A stretch of 64,000 nucleotides of DNA, from NCBI GenBank assembly GCA_035622275.1, contig DASPVQ010000020.1, forward strand, positions 2,494-66,493, given 5' to 3'. A program made the position numbers and the translations under genes. Each line of letters starts with the position of its first letter. The first letter of the stretch is position 1. Source of the stretch: Thermoplasmata archaeon (lineage in GTDB: Archaea > Thermoplasmatota > Thermoplasmata > Lutacidiplasmatales > UBA184). Below are positions 1-8,587 of this stretch, in pieces. Under the pieces are notes generated by a model, which did no database searches, was not told the DNA's origin, and worked only from the letters and a program-made list of their open reading frames with translations.

Positions 1-94
1 GTTCCGTGCATTGTTTCCACCTTGGGACCGGATCGACCGATCGCCCGAACCCAGGTCGGTGGTCGTATTAATAGCCAGAAACAATTCTGTGGCA

Positions 95-105
95 ATAATA
101 ATATC
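95..105 (+). promoter_or_regulatory. TATA-box-like element (aataataatat) about 27 nt upstream of ATG at 127
   Basis: Isolated AT-rich 11-mer in a ~70% GC background; spacing to the start codon fits an archaeal leaderless promoter. Confidence 0.4.
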
Positions 106-126
106 CATGGATACTATAGGATACGC

Positions 127-330
127 ATGGCAGCGCAGACCACGACCATCCAGGTCGACGTGGAAGTCCGCGACCGGCTTCGGGCGCTCGGACGGATGGG
201 CGAGAGCTACGATGACGTCATCCGACGCCTGCTCGCCTCGGCCCGAACCGGGCCGCCGGCATCGGCGGCCGTCCGAGAGGGCTCCCCGCCGCCGGCGCGC
301 GGCTGGCATCCGTTACAGGGACGCGACTGA
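127..330 (+). CDS. small ribbon-helix-helix/CopG-like protein (possible antitoxin-like DNA binder)
   Basis: Internal ATG of ORF 22..330; MAAQTTTIQVDVEVRDRLRAL...ESYDDVIRRLL resembles an RHH strand-helix-helix; strong TATA at -27. Confidence 0.35.
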   Translation: MAAQTTTIQVDVEVRDRLRALGRMGESYDDVIRRLLASARTGPPASAAVREGSPPPARGWHPLQGRD

Positions 331-366
331 ACTCCGGGGCGGGGCGCAGTCCCCCGTACGACTCGG

Positions 367-750
367 CTAGCGAACGCGTCGTCGTGCGGGGCGCGGAGCC
401 GGCGGTCCGCCCAGGCGCTGCTGCAGGGCGCCCAGCGTGCTCGCCCAGTAGGAACGGAAGGGGTCCAGCCACACTTCGACCGCCTCGAGCGGGCCGCCCG
501 TGAGCCTCAGACGGTGGACGCGACCGTCCACTTTGCGGGCCACCAGGCCGGCGTCCTCCAGGATCCGCAGGTGCTTGGAGACGGCCGGCAGGCTCATCCG
601 GTAGGGTCGGGCGAGGTCGGTCACCCGGGCCGGTCCGAGGGCGAGCCGAGCCAACAGGCTGCGTCGGGTCGGATCCGCGAGCGCGCCGAACAGTCGGTCG
701 AGCGCGAGGGCTCGATCGGCCTCCGACCTCGAACGTCCTCGGCCCCGCAT
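367..750 (-). CDS. ArsR/SmtB-family HTH transcriptional regulator
   Basis: LFGALADPTRRSLLARLA...VTDLA...MSLPAVSKHLRILEDAGLV is a canonical ArsR HTH; divergent from an SRPBCC gene (a common pairing). Confidence 0.7.
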   Translation of the reverse strand: MRGRGRSRSEADRALALDRLFGALADPTRRSLLARLALGPARVTDLARPYRMSLPAVSKHLRILEDAGLVARKVDGRVHRLRLTGGPLEAVEVWLDPFRSYWASTLGALQQRLGGPPAPRPARRRVR

Positions 751-836
751 CGGTCTCGAACGCTATATTAAACTAAACAGTTAAGTATTGCGACGGCCTC
801 CGGTCGACCGCCGAGCCACGGCGGAACGGGAGAGCC

Positions 837-1232
837 ATGTGCAGAAGCGTCCACGATGAGATCGACCTGAAGGCGACCCCCCGGCTGGCCTACCGAACGA
901 TGATGGATAGCCGCGCGCATGCGAGGTTCACCGGCGCTCCGGCGCGCATCGACCCCGTCGTAGGAGGGAAATTCTCGGCCGGAGGCTACATCTCGGGCTT
1001 CAACCTCGACCTGGTGCCCGGTAAGCGAATCGTCCAGGCCTGGCGCGGCTCGGATTGGCCGAAGGGGGCCTTCTCCTTGGTCAGCTTTGTGTTCCGACCG
1101 CGCGGCAAGGGAACGAGGCTGATCTTCGATCAACGCGGTATCCCGGACGGCATCGAGAGCGGCGTCACGCGAGCGGAGTGGACGCGCTACTACTGGGATC
1201 CGCTGCGCCGACACTTCGGCGCTCGGTCGTAG
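837..1232 (+). CDS. SRPBCC (AHSA1/Bet v1-like) family protein
   Basis: 131 aa with the Aha1-like SRPBCC pattern; paired divergently with ArsR via an AT-rich intergenic region. Confidence 0.7.
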   Translation: MCRSVHDEIDLKATPRLAYRTMMDSRAHARFTGAPARIDPVVGGKFSAGGYISGFNLDLVPGKRIVQAWRGSDWPKGAFSLVSFVFRPRGKGTRLIFDQRGIPDGIESGVTRAEWTRYYWDPLRRHFGARS

Positions 1233-1474
1233 GGCGTCGGGGTCCGGGTGCGGCTCACCGACGCGGACGCTGGCCGGAACGGCCGAAGACCTCCCCGGCT
1301 CGCGGACGCCGACGCGGGGAGTTCCTGAGGACGTTCGGCCCTCGGGGCCGGTGGGACGGCCTGCTCGCGAAGTCGGGGAGGACTCTCGCGCCCACGCGGG
1401 GGCTCAGGGTCGCGCCGCGCCCGGGGGCGGACACTGTCGCGCGATTCGACCGGCCCGGAGCGCGCTGCGGCGGC

Positions 1475-1600
1475 TCAGCCGCCAGGATCGATGTGAATGG
1501 TGTCGTGGCCCTGGTGGTTGGCCATCTCCTCCGTGTCGGAGGCCGGGAATTGGGTCCCACAGGTGTTGCACTGGATCGTGCCCGTGTTCGATCCCTGCAT
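1475..1600 (-). CDS. unlisted small ORF (41 aa; 58 aa if GTG start at 1651) MQGSNTGTIQCNTCGTQFPASDTEEMANHQGHDTIHIDPGG
   Basis: Hand-translated; high GC3 and a protein-like, non-R-rich composition; TATA-like TTGTTATAC about 27 nt upstream of the ATG; one CxxC. Confidence 0.3.
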   Translation of the reverse strand: MQGSNTGTIQCNTCGTQFPASDTEEMANHQGHDTIHIDPGG

Positions 1601-1866
1601 GCGGGGGGAAAGGTCTCCGGGTATAACAAGACCGATGGCCCCTTCGAGCACGACCCCGCTCGCATACCACCGTACGGTCGAGCCCCCGGAATTGGACCCC
1701 AGGTCGACCGTAACCGCCGGGGCCCGTCCTGCCCTGACGGCTCGCTCCTACCCAGGGGCCACGCGGACCGGGGCGAGGGCGGCCGGCAGGGACTCACGGG
1801 CGCGCCTCACCGTGGGTGCGCTCGACTTATCGGCGCGCCGGGCCGTCGCGAGCCGTAGGGAATGCG

Positions 1867-2601
1867 ATGTCGGGGGAAACGGCCGCCGTTTCGATCGACC
1901 CGTCGCTGATGGGACCCGAGGAATCGGATCCGGAAGGCAGGGCCTATCGCGGCGTCGCGATGGAAGGCTCGATCGCCCGCTGGTACGCCCGCACCCGCGG
2001 CACGCCCAGCCAGATCGCCGCATGGAGGCAGCAGGCGAAAGAGCTCGTGGCCGACCTACCGGCCGGAACCGACCTCCTCGAGGTCGCTCCGGGCCCGGGC
2101 TACTTCGCGGTCGAGCTCGCCCGCACCGGTCGGGCACGCGTCACCGCGCTCGAGATCAGTCGGACCTTTGTCCAGATCGCGAACGCCCACGCGCGCGAGG
2201 CGGGTGTGCCGGTCGCGGTCCGCCAGGGCGACGCCTCCCGGATGCCGTTCGGGGCCGCCTCGTTCGACCGGATCGTCTGCCAGGCCGCCTTCAAGAACTT
2301 CGGTCGGCCCCAAGCCGCGATCAACGAGATGCACCGCGTGCTGCGCCCCGGGGGCGTCGCGATCGTCGAGGATATGCGCCGCGACGCCCCGGACGCCGGG
2401 ATCCACGCCGAGGTCCGGGGGATGGGCCTCGGGCCGGTTCGCGCCTACTTCACCCGCCGGGCCCTCTTCTCGCTGCGGCGGCGCGCCTACACGTCCGAGG
2501 AGTTCGTCCGGTTGGCCGAGCGCAGTCCCTTCGGTAGCTGTGCCGTTCGCGTCGAGGGCATCGGCCTCGAGGTCCGGTTCGCTAAGCGCCCGGATCCGTA
2601 G
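1867..2601 (+). CDS. class I SAM-dependent methyltransferase
   Basis: LLEVAPGPGYFAVELAR (motif I) ... LRPGGVAIVED; internal ATG of ORF 1816..2601. Confidence 0.75.
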   Translation: MSGETAAVSIDPSLMGPEESDPEGRAYRGVAMEGSIARWYARTRGTPSQIAAWRQQAKELVADLPAGTDLLEVAPGPGYFAVELARTGRARVTALEISRTFVQIANAHAREAGVPVAVRQGDASRMPFGAASFDRIVCQAAFKNFGRPQAAINEMHRVLRPGGVAIVEDMRRDAPDAGIHAEVRGMGLGPVRAYFTRRALFSLRRRAYTSEEFVRLAERSPFGSCAVRVEGIGLEVRFAKRPDP

Positions 2602-2662
2602 GACCGCGCCTCCGGACCGGCCCTATGGCTACAAGAGGCGGGTCGGCGCCTCCTAGTCGCCC

Positions 2663-3088
2663 GTGGACGCGCGGACCTGTCCGTACTGCGGGCGGCCGAA
2701 CCCGCCGACCAGCCGGTTCTGCGGCGCCTGCGGCCGGCCGGTCGCCGCCGAGCCGACCGCGCGCGAAGCCGATCCCTGGTTCCTGGGCCGGTACAGTGGG
2801 CTGCGCTTCCAGGTAGATCCCGGGGATCCGCCGCCCTATCGCGACGCGCGATGGGTCCTTGTCGTCCTCGGTGTCGGTCTCGCGACGCTGGGAGCGTTCC
2901 TGCTCGCGCTCGACTCGTTGTTGACCGGTGCGCTGTCGCTGTCGGGTGGCTCGTGCTCCGGCTGCAGCGCCGCGCCCGTCGCGTTCCTGTTCCTATTCCC
3001 CGGTCTGGGACTGCTGCTCGCGGGTGCCGTCGTCGCGGGCGCCGCCCTGGTCCACGCGCTTCGGACCCGGCCGACCAACTCGAGCTAG
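2663..3088 (+). CDS. zinc-ribbon domain membrane protein
   Basis: N-terminal CPYCGRPNPPTSRFCGACG zinc ribbon followed by two hydrophobic helices. Confidence 0.55.
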   Translation: MDARTCPYCGRPNPPTSRFCGACGRPVAAEPTAREADPWFLGRYSGLRFQVDPGDPPPYRDARWVLVVLGVGLATLGAFLLALDSLLTGALSLSGGSCSGCSAAPVAFLFLFPGLGLLLAGAVVAGAALVHALRTRPTNSS

Positions 3089-3151
3089 GCGAAGGGCCGC
3101 GAGCTCTGCGCCACGCGCGCCGCTGGCTCCGGGTCATCACCGCCGTGTCTG

Positions 3152-3700
3152 TCACGTCGATCCGGGCGAGGTGGAGCGGGTCGGCCAGGTCCGCTCGATC
3201 AGGGTGTCCGCCACGGTGACCATCGCGAGCACCACAAGGGAACTCAGGACGAAGACCGGGGAGTCGTGGACGATGTAGGAGAAGATCGTGAGCGCCAGCG
3301 CCGGAGGATGGGAGAAGCGCGTGAAGGCGATGAACAGGGAGACCAGGACGACGTTGAGGACGAGCGCGAGGAGGGAGATGCCGAGGAAGAACTCGAACAG
3401 CTCCGAGCTCCCGATGACGACCAGGTACGACGCGAGGATGCTGCTCGGTGCCGCGTAGCGGCTTTTTCGATCGAAGACCACGAGGTAGGCCGTCACGGCG
3501 TACGGCGGCGCGATCAACAGGGTCCCGCTCCCCCAGATCACGGCGACGATCGCCAGGAAGAGAACGAGGAACAGGGCGTAGCAAGCCGCGGTGCTCAGGG
3601 CCACCGGGTCTCGGCCCGCGCGCTGTGGGCCCGTGCCCAGGGCGGCGGGCCGGTCCGGGGCGGGCGCCGGCATCTGCGCGAGCGAGCTCCCGCCGGTCAC
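3152..3700 (-). CDS. hypothetical polytopic membrane protein
   Basis: Four or more hydrophobic segments; coding-like composition, unlike the overlapping R/P-rich antisense ORF. Confidence 0.5.
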   Translation of the reverse strand: MTGGSSLAQMPAPAPDRPAALGTGPQRAGRDPVALSTAACYALFLVLFLAIVAVIWGSGTLLIAPPYAVTAYLVVFDRKSRYAAPSSILASYLVVIGSSELFEFFLGISLLALVLNVVLVSLFIAFTRFSHPPALALTIFSYIVHDSPVFVLSSLVVLAMVTVADTLIERTWPTRSTSPGST

Positions 3701-3784
3701 GGGAAGGTGAGCGCACCCGGACTCTTATGGGACGGCCCGTCCGCCGATCGACGCTCGCACCGTCGTCACGGCGGAGCGCGATCG

Positions 3785-5734
3785 TTACTGGGACCGGGCG
3801 CGGGCGCCGCCCGCGTCCTCGGGAAGGTGCGCCGCGCGGAGGGCCGCGCGGAATCGCGGCTCCTCGCGTAGCGAGTCGTACGCGGGGAGGCCGGCGCGCA
3901 GCCACAGACCGCTCGTCCCCTCGCGAGCCGAGCGTTCGAGGATGTCGAGTGCCGCCTCCTTCTCGCCCAGCAGCGCGTGCAGTGCGGCCGAGAAGTCGGA
4001 TCCGAGGAGCTCCTCGGGTCGAGCTTCGGTCAGTTCCTTGAGCAGCTGACGGGCCTCCTCGGGCTCGCCGAGGGGGACCAGGATCATCGCGCGAGCGAGG
4101 CGCTGGACCACGCTCCGGGGGGGCCCCGCTGCCACGAGTTCCCGCCGGGCGGCTTCTGGGTCGTTGAGGACGCTGTAGGCGACGCCGAAGCTGAGGTGGG
4201 TCCAACTCGGATCGGGGTCGGGGGTCAGCCACTTGGCCAAGCGATCGCGGGCCCCCTCGAGATCGCCGCGCAGGAGCGCGAGGTCCACGAGGAGGCGTCG
4301 TGGGGCCTGCCAGCTCGGATTGATCTCGATCGCCGCGTGGAGCTCGACCTCGGCCTCCGAGTCGCGGCCGAGCACGCGGAGCAGGGTCGAGTAGCTCAGC
4401 CGGGCGAGGGCGTTGCTGGGGTTGAGCGCGAGGGCTCGACGGAACTCCTCCTCCGCGCGTGGCCACTCGTGGTCCTGCTGCATGACGAGCTCGGCCAGCG
4501 CGGCATGCGCCTCCGAGAGGTTCGGGTCGAGCTCGAGGGCTCGCGTCACGAAGGGGCGCGCCCTGCGGAACCCCTCGCGATGCGGAAGGTAGTCGCCCGC
4601 GCCCTGTACGTAGAGGTAGCCGAGGTAGGCCTGGGCGAGCGCGAACGCGGGGTCTCGTGCGATCGCCTCCTCGAGCCACGCGATCGCTTGGCGGAACCCC
4701 TCCGGAGCGTACCCCGCCGGTTGCTGGATCGCCCGCAGGTACAGCTCGTAGGCCTGCAGATCCTTCGTCGGTGCCCGCCGGATGAACTCACGCGCCGGCT
4801 CCGACAGCTCGACGCGGATCGCCTTCGCCGTACTCTCGGCCACCTCCGTCTGGATGGCGAAGATGTCGGCGAGCTGCCGATCGTAGCTCTCGGACCAGAC
4901 GTGCTCCTGGGTCCCGACGTCGATCAGTTGGAGCGAGATCCGCAGGCGGTCGTTCGCCTTGCGAACGCTCCCTTCGAGGATCGAGGTGACGCCCAGCTCC
5001 GAGCCGATCTGGACGACCGACTTCGAGGTCGACTTGTAGGGCGTGACCGACGTGCGCGCGATGACCCGCAGCCCCCGGATCTTGGAGAGGACCGAGATCA
5101 GCTCTTCCGTGAGGCCATCGGCGAAGTACTCGTCCTTCGGATCCGGGCTGATGTTCGCGAGCGGCAACACCGCGAGGCGCGGAGGCGAGGGGGCGGCGGC
5201 CGCCGGCGCGTGCTCGTCCCCGGGAGGGACCACTCGGAACAGCTCGACCGGCTCGACCACGCCCTTGAGAGCGCGGACGCCGAGCGGCTCGATCCGGAAG
5301 CGGACCTTGTTCTTGACCTGACGGAACACGGACTCCGAGATGCACACGCCGCCGGGCTCGGCCGCGGACTCGACGCGCGCAGCGACGTTCACGGCGTCGC
5401 CGAAGATGTCGCCGCCGCGGCGCTGCACGTCCCCGAGGTGAACCCCGACGCGAACCGGGGGGAAGGCGCGCCCACCGCGCCCGGCGCGCTCCCGCAGTCG
5501 CAACTGGAAGGCGACCGCGCACTCCACCGCATCGAGCGCGCTCGGGAACTCCAGGAGGAGGCCGTCGCCCGTCGACTTCACGATCCGACCGTGGTGCTCG
5601 GCGACGAGCGGGCGGGCGAGCTTCTCTTGTTGCTGGATCAGCTCGAGCGCCCCCCGCTCGTCGGCCTGAGCCAGCTCGGTCGAGCCCACCAGGTCGGTGA
5701 AGACGATGGCCGCCAGGCGACGGGTGCCGGGCAC
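3785..5734 (-). CDS. class III adenylate/guanylate cyclase (CHD) – TolB-N-like domain – TPR repeat protein
   Basis: RRLAAIVFTDLVGST, KSTGDG, GDAVNVAARVE cyclase motifs; LAVLPLANISPDPKDEYFADGLTEELIS TolB-like segment; C-terminal TPRs; GTG start inferred from paralog alignment (V-x-G-T-RRLAA) with a TATA-like element at about -31. Confidence 0.8.
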   Translation of the reverse strand: MPGTRRLAAIVFTDLVGSTELAQADERGALELIQQQEKLARPLVAEHHGRIVKSTGDGLLLEFPSALDAVECAVAFQLRLRERAGRGGRAFPPVRVGVHLGDVQRRGGDIFGDAVNVAARVESAAEPGGVCISESVFRQVKNKVRFRIEPLGVRALKGVVEPVELFRVVPPGDEHAPAAAAPSPPRLAVLPLANISPDPKDEYFADGLTEELISVLSKIRGLRVIARTSVTPYKSTSKSVVQIGSELGVTSILEGSVRKANDRLRISLQLIDVGTQEHVWSESYDRQLADIFAIQTEVAESTAKAIRVELSEPAREFIRRAPTKDLQAYELYLRAIQQPAGYAPEGFRQAIAWLEEAIARDPAFALAQAYLGYLYVQGAGDYLPHREGFRRARPFVTRALELDPNLSEAHAALAELVMQQDHEWPRAEEEFRRALALNPSNALARLSYSTLLRVLGRDSEAEVELHAAIEINPSWQAPRRLLVDLALLRGDLEGARDRLAKWLTPDPDPSWTHLSFGVAYSVLNDPEAARRELVAAGPPRSVVQRLARAMILVPLGEPEEARQLLKELTEARPEELLGSDFSAALHALLGEKEAALDILERSAREGTSGLWLRAGLPAYDSLREEPRFRAALRAAHLPEDAGGARARSQ

Positions 5735-5799
5735 GCGCCGCCAACGGGCATGGGAGGTTAAGGATTGCAACGGCCCCCACGCGACCCGGGCCGTGGCCG

Positions 5800-6354
5800 C
5801 TACCGGCGAGAGGCGGTCTTGCGCGCGGACGCTCGAAGCTGGCGGTGGCGGAAGCAATCGACCGTGTGGTCGTTGACCATCCCGACGGCCTGCATGTGGG
5901 CGTAGACGATCGTCGAGCCCACGAAGCTGAAACCCCGCGCCCGCAGGTCGGCGCTGAACCGGTCGGATTCCGCCGAGGTCGCGGGCACCTGGCGGTAGTT
6001 CGCCCATCGATTGTGGCGGGGGCGTCCGCCCACGAACCTCCAGCAGTAGTCGTCGAAGGTGCCGAACTCTCGCTGGACCGCGAGGAAGGCCCGGGCGTTC
6101 GATACCGCCGACTCGATCTTCCTTTTGTTCCGGATGATGCCGGGGTCCCGCGCGAGGGCGCGCCGCCGCGCCGGCGAGTAGCGGGCGATCTTCGCCGGAT
6201 CGAAACCGTCGAACGCCCGGTCGTACCCGGGACGGCGGTGCAGGATCGTCGACCAGCTCAGTCCGGCCTGGGCCCCTTCGAGCAGGAGGAACTCGAAGTG
6301 CCGCCGGTCATCGTGGACGGGCGTTCCCCATTCGGTGTCGTGGTAGCGGCGCAT
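5800..6354 (-). CDS. tag: DNA-3-methyladenine glycosylase I
   Basis: YHDTEWGTP...LEGAQAGLSWSTIL...GIIRNKRKI...GFSFVGSTIVYAHMQAVGMVNDH aligns closely to E. coli Tag; internal start of ORF 5800..6543. Confidence 0.8.
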   Translation of the reverse strand: MRRYHDTEWGTPVHDDRRHFEFLLLEGAQAGLSWSTILHRRPGYDRAFDGFDPAKIARYSPARRRALARDPGIIRNKRKIESAVSNARAFLAVQREFGTFDDYCWRFVGGRPRHNRWANYRQVPATSAESDRFSADLRARGFSFVGSTIVYAHMQAVGMVNDHTVDCFRHRQLRASARKTASRR

Positions 6355-6481
6355 GACCGGATCGGCGAGCGAAGCCCACGCGCAGCGAGGCCGGCCGTCC
6401 TTGGGCACGCGTCGAGGCAGGCCGGGCGTGCGATAACGCCGCCGTCCCCGGCCCCGATGCGAGGACGAGGGCCCCCGCGCT

Positions 6482-7063
6482 TCAGGAGGCGAGCGGCTGA
6501 TCCTCGGGCTTCCCGCGCGCCCGGAAGGCACTGCGGACGCCAAGGCCCCGCCCGATCAACAGGCCGATGCTCGAGCCGTAGAGCAGATCGAAGGCGATCA
6601 GCACCGAGAGCTGGGTCACCGACACCGAGGTCGGGACCGCGAAGCTCGCCAGGGAGGCGAGCCCGAACATCGCGATCTCGGCGGCGACGCGCGCAACGAA
6701 CAGGACGAGCGAGAGCAAGGGCAGCAGGAGGGGCAGCCGATAGTAGATCCGACCGTCGCCGCGGGACTCGAAGGTCACTCGGCGACGAACGTGGGGCGCC
6801 GCGAACAGGGCGGCGCCGACGACCACGCCGGCGTAGGGCGCGATCAGGGCGAAGGCGACGTCCCCCCACACGGTCCAGGCGACGTACAGGGTCGACGCGG
6901 CGAGATACCCGAAGAGGACCATCGAGAAGCCACCGTAGCCGAAGACTCGGCCGGTGCTGTAGGGGGCGCCCTGGCTGAGCAGGTAGGTGCGGCGCGCCAT
7001 GATGAGCACGATCAAGGCGAGGAACACGATCGCGGAGGTGTCCGCGGTGGAGAGGCCGCTCAT
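6482..7063 (-). CDS. hypothetical membrane protein (about 193 aa)
   Basis: Only the C-terminal 193 codons of ORF 6482..8326 (from MSGLSTADTS) look coding; five or more TM helices. Confidence 0.5.
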   Translation of the reverse strand: MSGLSTADTSAIVFLALIVLIMARRTYLLSQGAPYSTGRVFGYGGFSMVLFGYLAASTLYVAWTVWGDVAFALIAPYAGVVVGAALFAAPHVRRRVTFESRGDGRIYYRLPLLLPLLSLVLFVARVAAEIAMFGLASLASFAVPTSVSVTQLSVLIAFDLLYGSSIGLLIGRGLGVRSAFRARGKPEDQPLAS

Positions 7064-7285
7064 CTGACCTCCCGCCGCGCCGGATCGACCGGGAGGGTTC
7101 GGATCATGCGAGGTCCGTGCATCACTGGGTTCCTCTCGCGCGGGCCGTCGGGCCGGCATCGCGACGGCGCCGCGCGAGGGGGGGACGAATCCGCATAAGC
7201 TTGGCGAGGTGTGCCCCTCCGGCCTCCTCGACCCGCCCACGGCCCGGATTGACTCGGTTTTATCGGCGAGGCGGCTGGCCCTCTC

Positions 7286-8482
7286 ATGGTCCCGACCCTG
7301 CGATCGGGGCAGCCCGAAGAGGCGGGGATGTCCTCCGCCCGTCTGCGGCGGCTCGCCGCCGTCGTTCGGCGCTGGGTCGACGGAGCGCAGGGGCGTCCGC
7401 TGGTCGTGCTCGTCGCCCGCCGAGGGATCATCGTGTGGCACGAGGCGTTCGGGAGGATGCCGGTGGCGGCCGGAGGGGACCCGACGCCCCTCGACGCCGT
7501 CTTCGAGCTGATGTCGGTGACCAAGCCCCTCACGGCCACGGCGCTGATGACGCTCGTGGACGACGGGCGCGTCGGGCTGAACCGACCCGTGGACTCCTAC
7601 ATTCCCGAGTTCGCGGGCGAGGGAAAGCATGGCGTCCGGGTGCGGGATCTGCTCACCCACACCTCGGGCCTGCGGGACCCGACGGTGCAGACGTTCGCGC
7701 GCGAGCATTCCCGCGAAATTCAGCAGCCGCCCGTGCCGGACAATGCGCACCCGGTCTGGTGGGCCGCCCTGAACAGCGGTCTCGCGGCACCGCTGGCGAC
7801 GCCGCCGGGGGTCGAGATGGCCTACTGCGGGTTCAACTTCACCCTCGCGGCGGAGATCGTGCGCCGCGTCTCGGGAATGCCACTCGACCGGTTCGCGACC
7901 GAGCGGATCTTCCGCCCCCTCGGCATGCGCGACTCTTCGTACTGTCTGGTCGACATCCCGCCGACGCGACGGGTGGGGTTCCAGCTGCCCGCAGATTACG
8001 TGCCCGACGCGTCCGACGTCGCCCGGGAGACCGAGCGCTACTGGGCCGGGAGCTGGGGGGCGCTCTCGAGTGCGCGGGACCTGGCGATCTTCGCCCAGAT
8101 GTTCCTCGACGGAGGGGAGTACCGCGACGAGCGGGTCCTCTCCTCGGCGGCGGTCCGCGCGATGGTGCGAAACCAGACCCGTGGGATCCCCGCGGTGTTC
8201 TTCGACCAGCACTTCCCGGAATCGTCTTGGGGCCTCGGATGGGGTATCGAGGCCGCCGGTCCCGGATGGAACGGCGCGCTGTGCTCGCCGACAACGTTCG
8301 GCCACATCGGCAATGGTGGAACGCACCTCTGGGCGGATCCCGCGCGGGAGCTCGTCGTGGCCTTCCTCTCCTCAACCCCGATCTTCGCGACCGACGCCGA
8401 CATCACGACGGCGAACTGGGCGCGCGACTGGCGCAACGACCTGTTCGCGGACGCGGTCGAGGCTTCGATCGAGGAAGACTGA
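7286..8482 (+). CDS. serine hydrolase, beta-lactamase/esterase (class C-like) family
   Basis: S-x-x-K (SVTK), LLTHTSGL, and a C-terminal W/HIGNGGT-type box. Confidence 0.8.
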   Translation: MVPTLRSGQPEEAGMSSARLRRLAAVVRRWVDGAQGRPLVVLVARRGIIVWHEAFGRMPVAAGGDPTPLDAVFELMSVTKPLTATALMTLVDDGRVGLNRPVDSYIPEFAGEGKHGVRVRDLLTHTSGLRDPTVQTFAREHSREIQQPPVPDNAHPVWWAALNSGLAAPLATPPGVEMAYCGFNFTLAAEIVRRVSGMPLDRFATERIFRPLGMRDSSYCLVDIPPTRRVGFQLPADYVPDASDVARETERYWAGSWGALSSARDLAIFAQMFLDGGEYRDERVLSSAAVRAMVRNQTRGIPAVFFDQHFPESSWGLGWGIEAAGPGWNGALCSPTTFGHIGNGGTHLWADPARELVVAFLSSTPIFATDADITTANWARDWRNDLFADAVEASIEED

Positions 8483-8587
8483 ACGCGCCGGCGACCGCCC
8501 GGCGCCGGTCGCGGACCCCTCCGCAGCCACGCGCCCGCCAGGGCGTGGGTAAGTACATACCTCCCGAGCGCGTCGCTCGCGCGGCCC

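Noticed and set aside
2487-4679. 730-aa ORF on the minus strand (R/P/G-rich)
   Set aside because: Extreme Arg/Pro/Gly composition and no motifs. It is the typical spurious long ORF of high-GC DNA, and it overlaps the real minus-strand membrane gene 3152..3700 in another frame and lies antisense to real plus-strand genes.
7064-8326. N-terminal 420 codons of ORF 6482..8326
   Set aside because: R/G/P-rich and antisense to the beta-lactamase-like gene. Only the last 193 codons form a plausible membrane protein.
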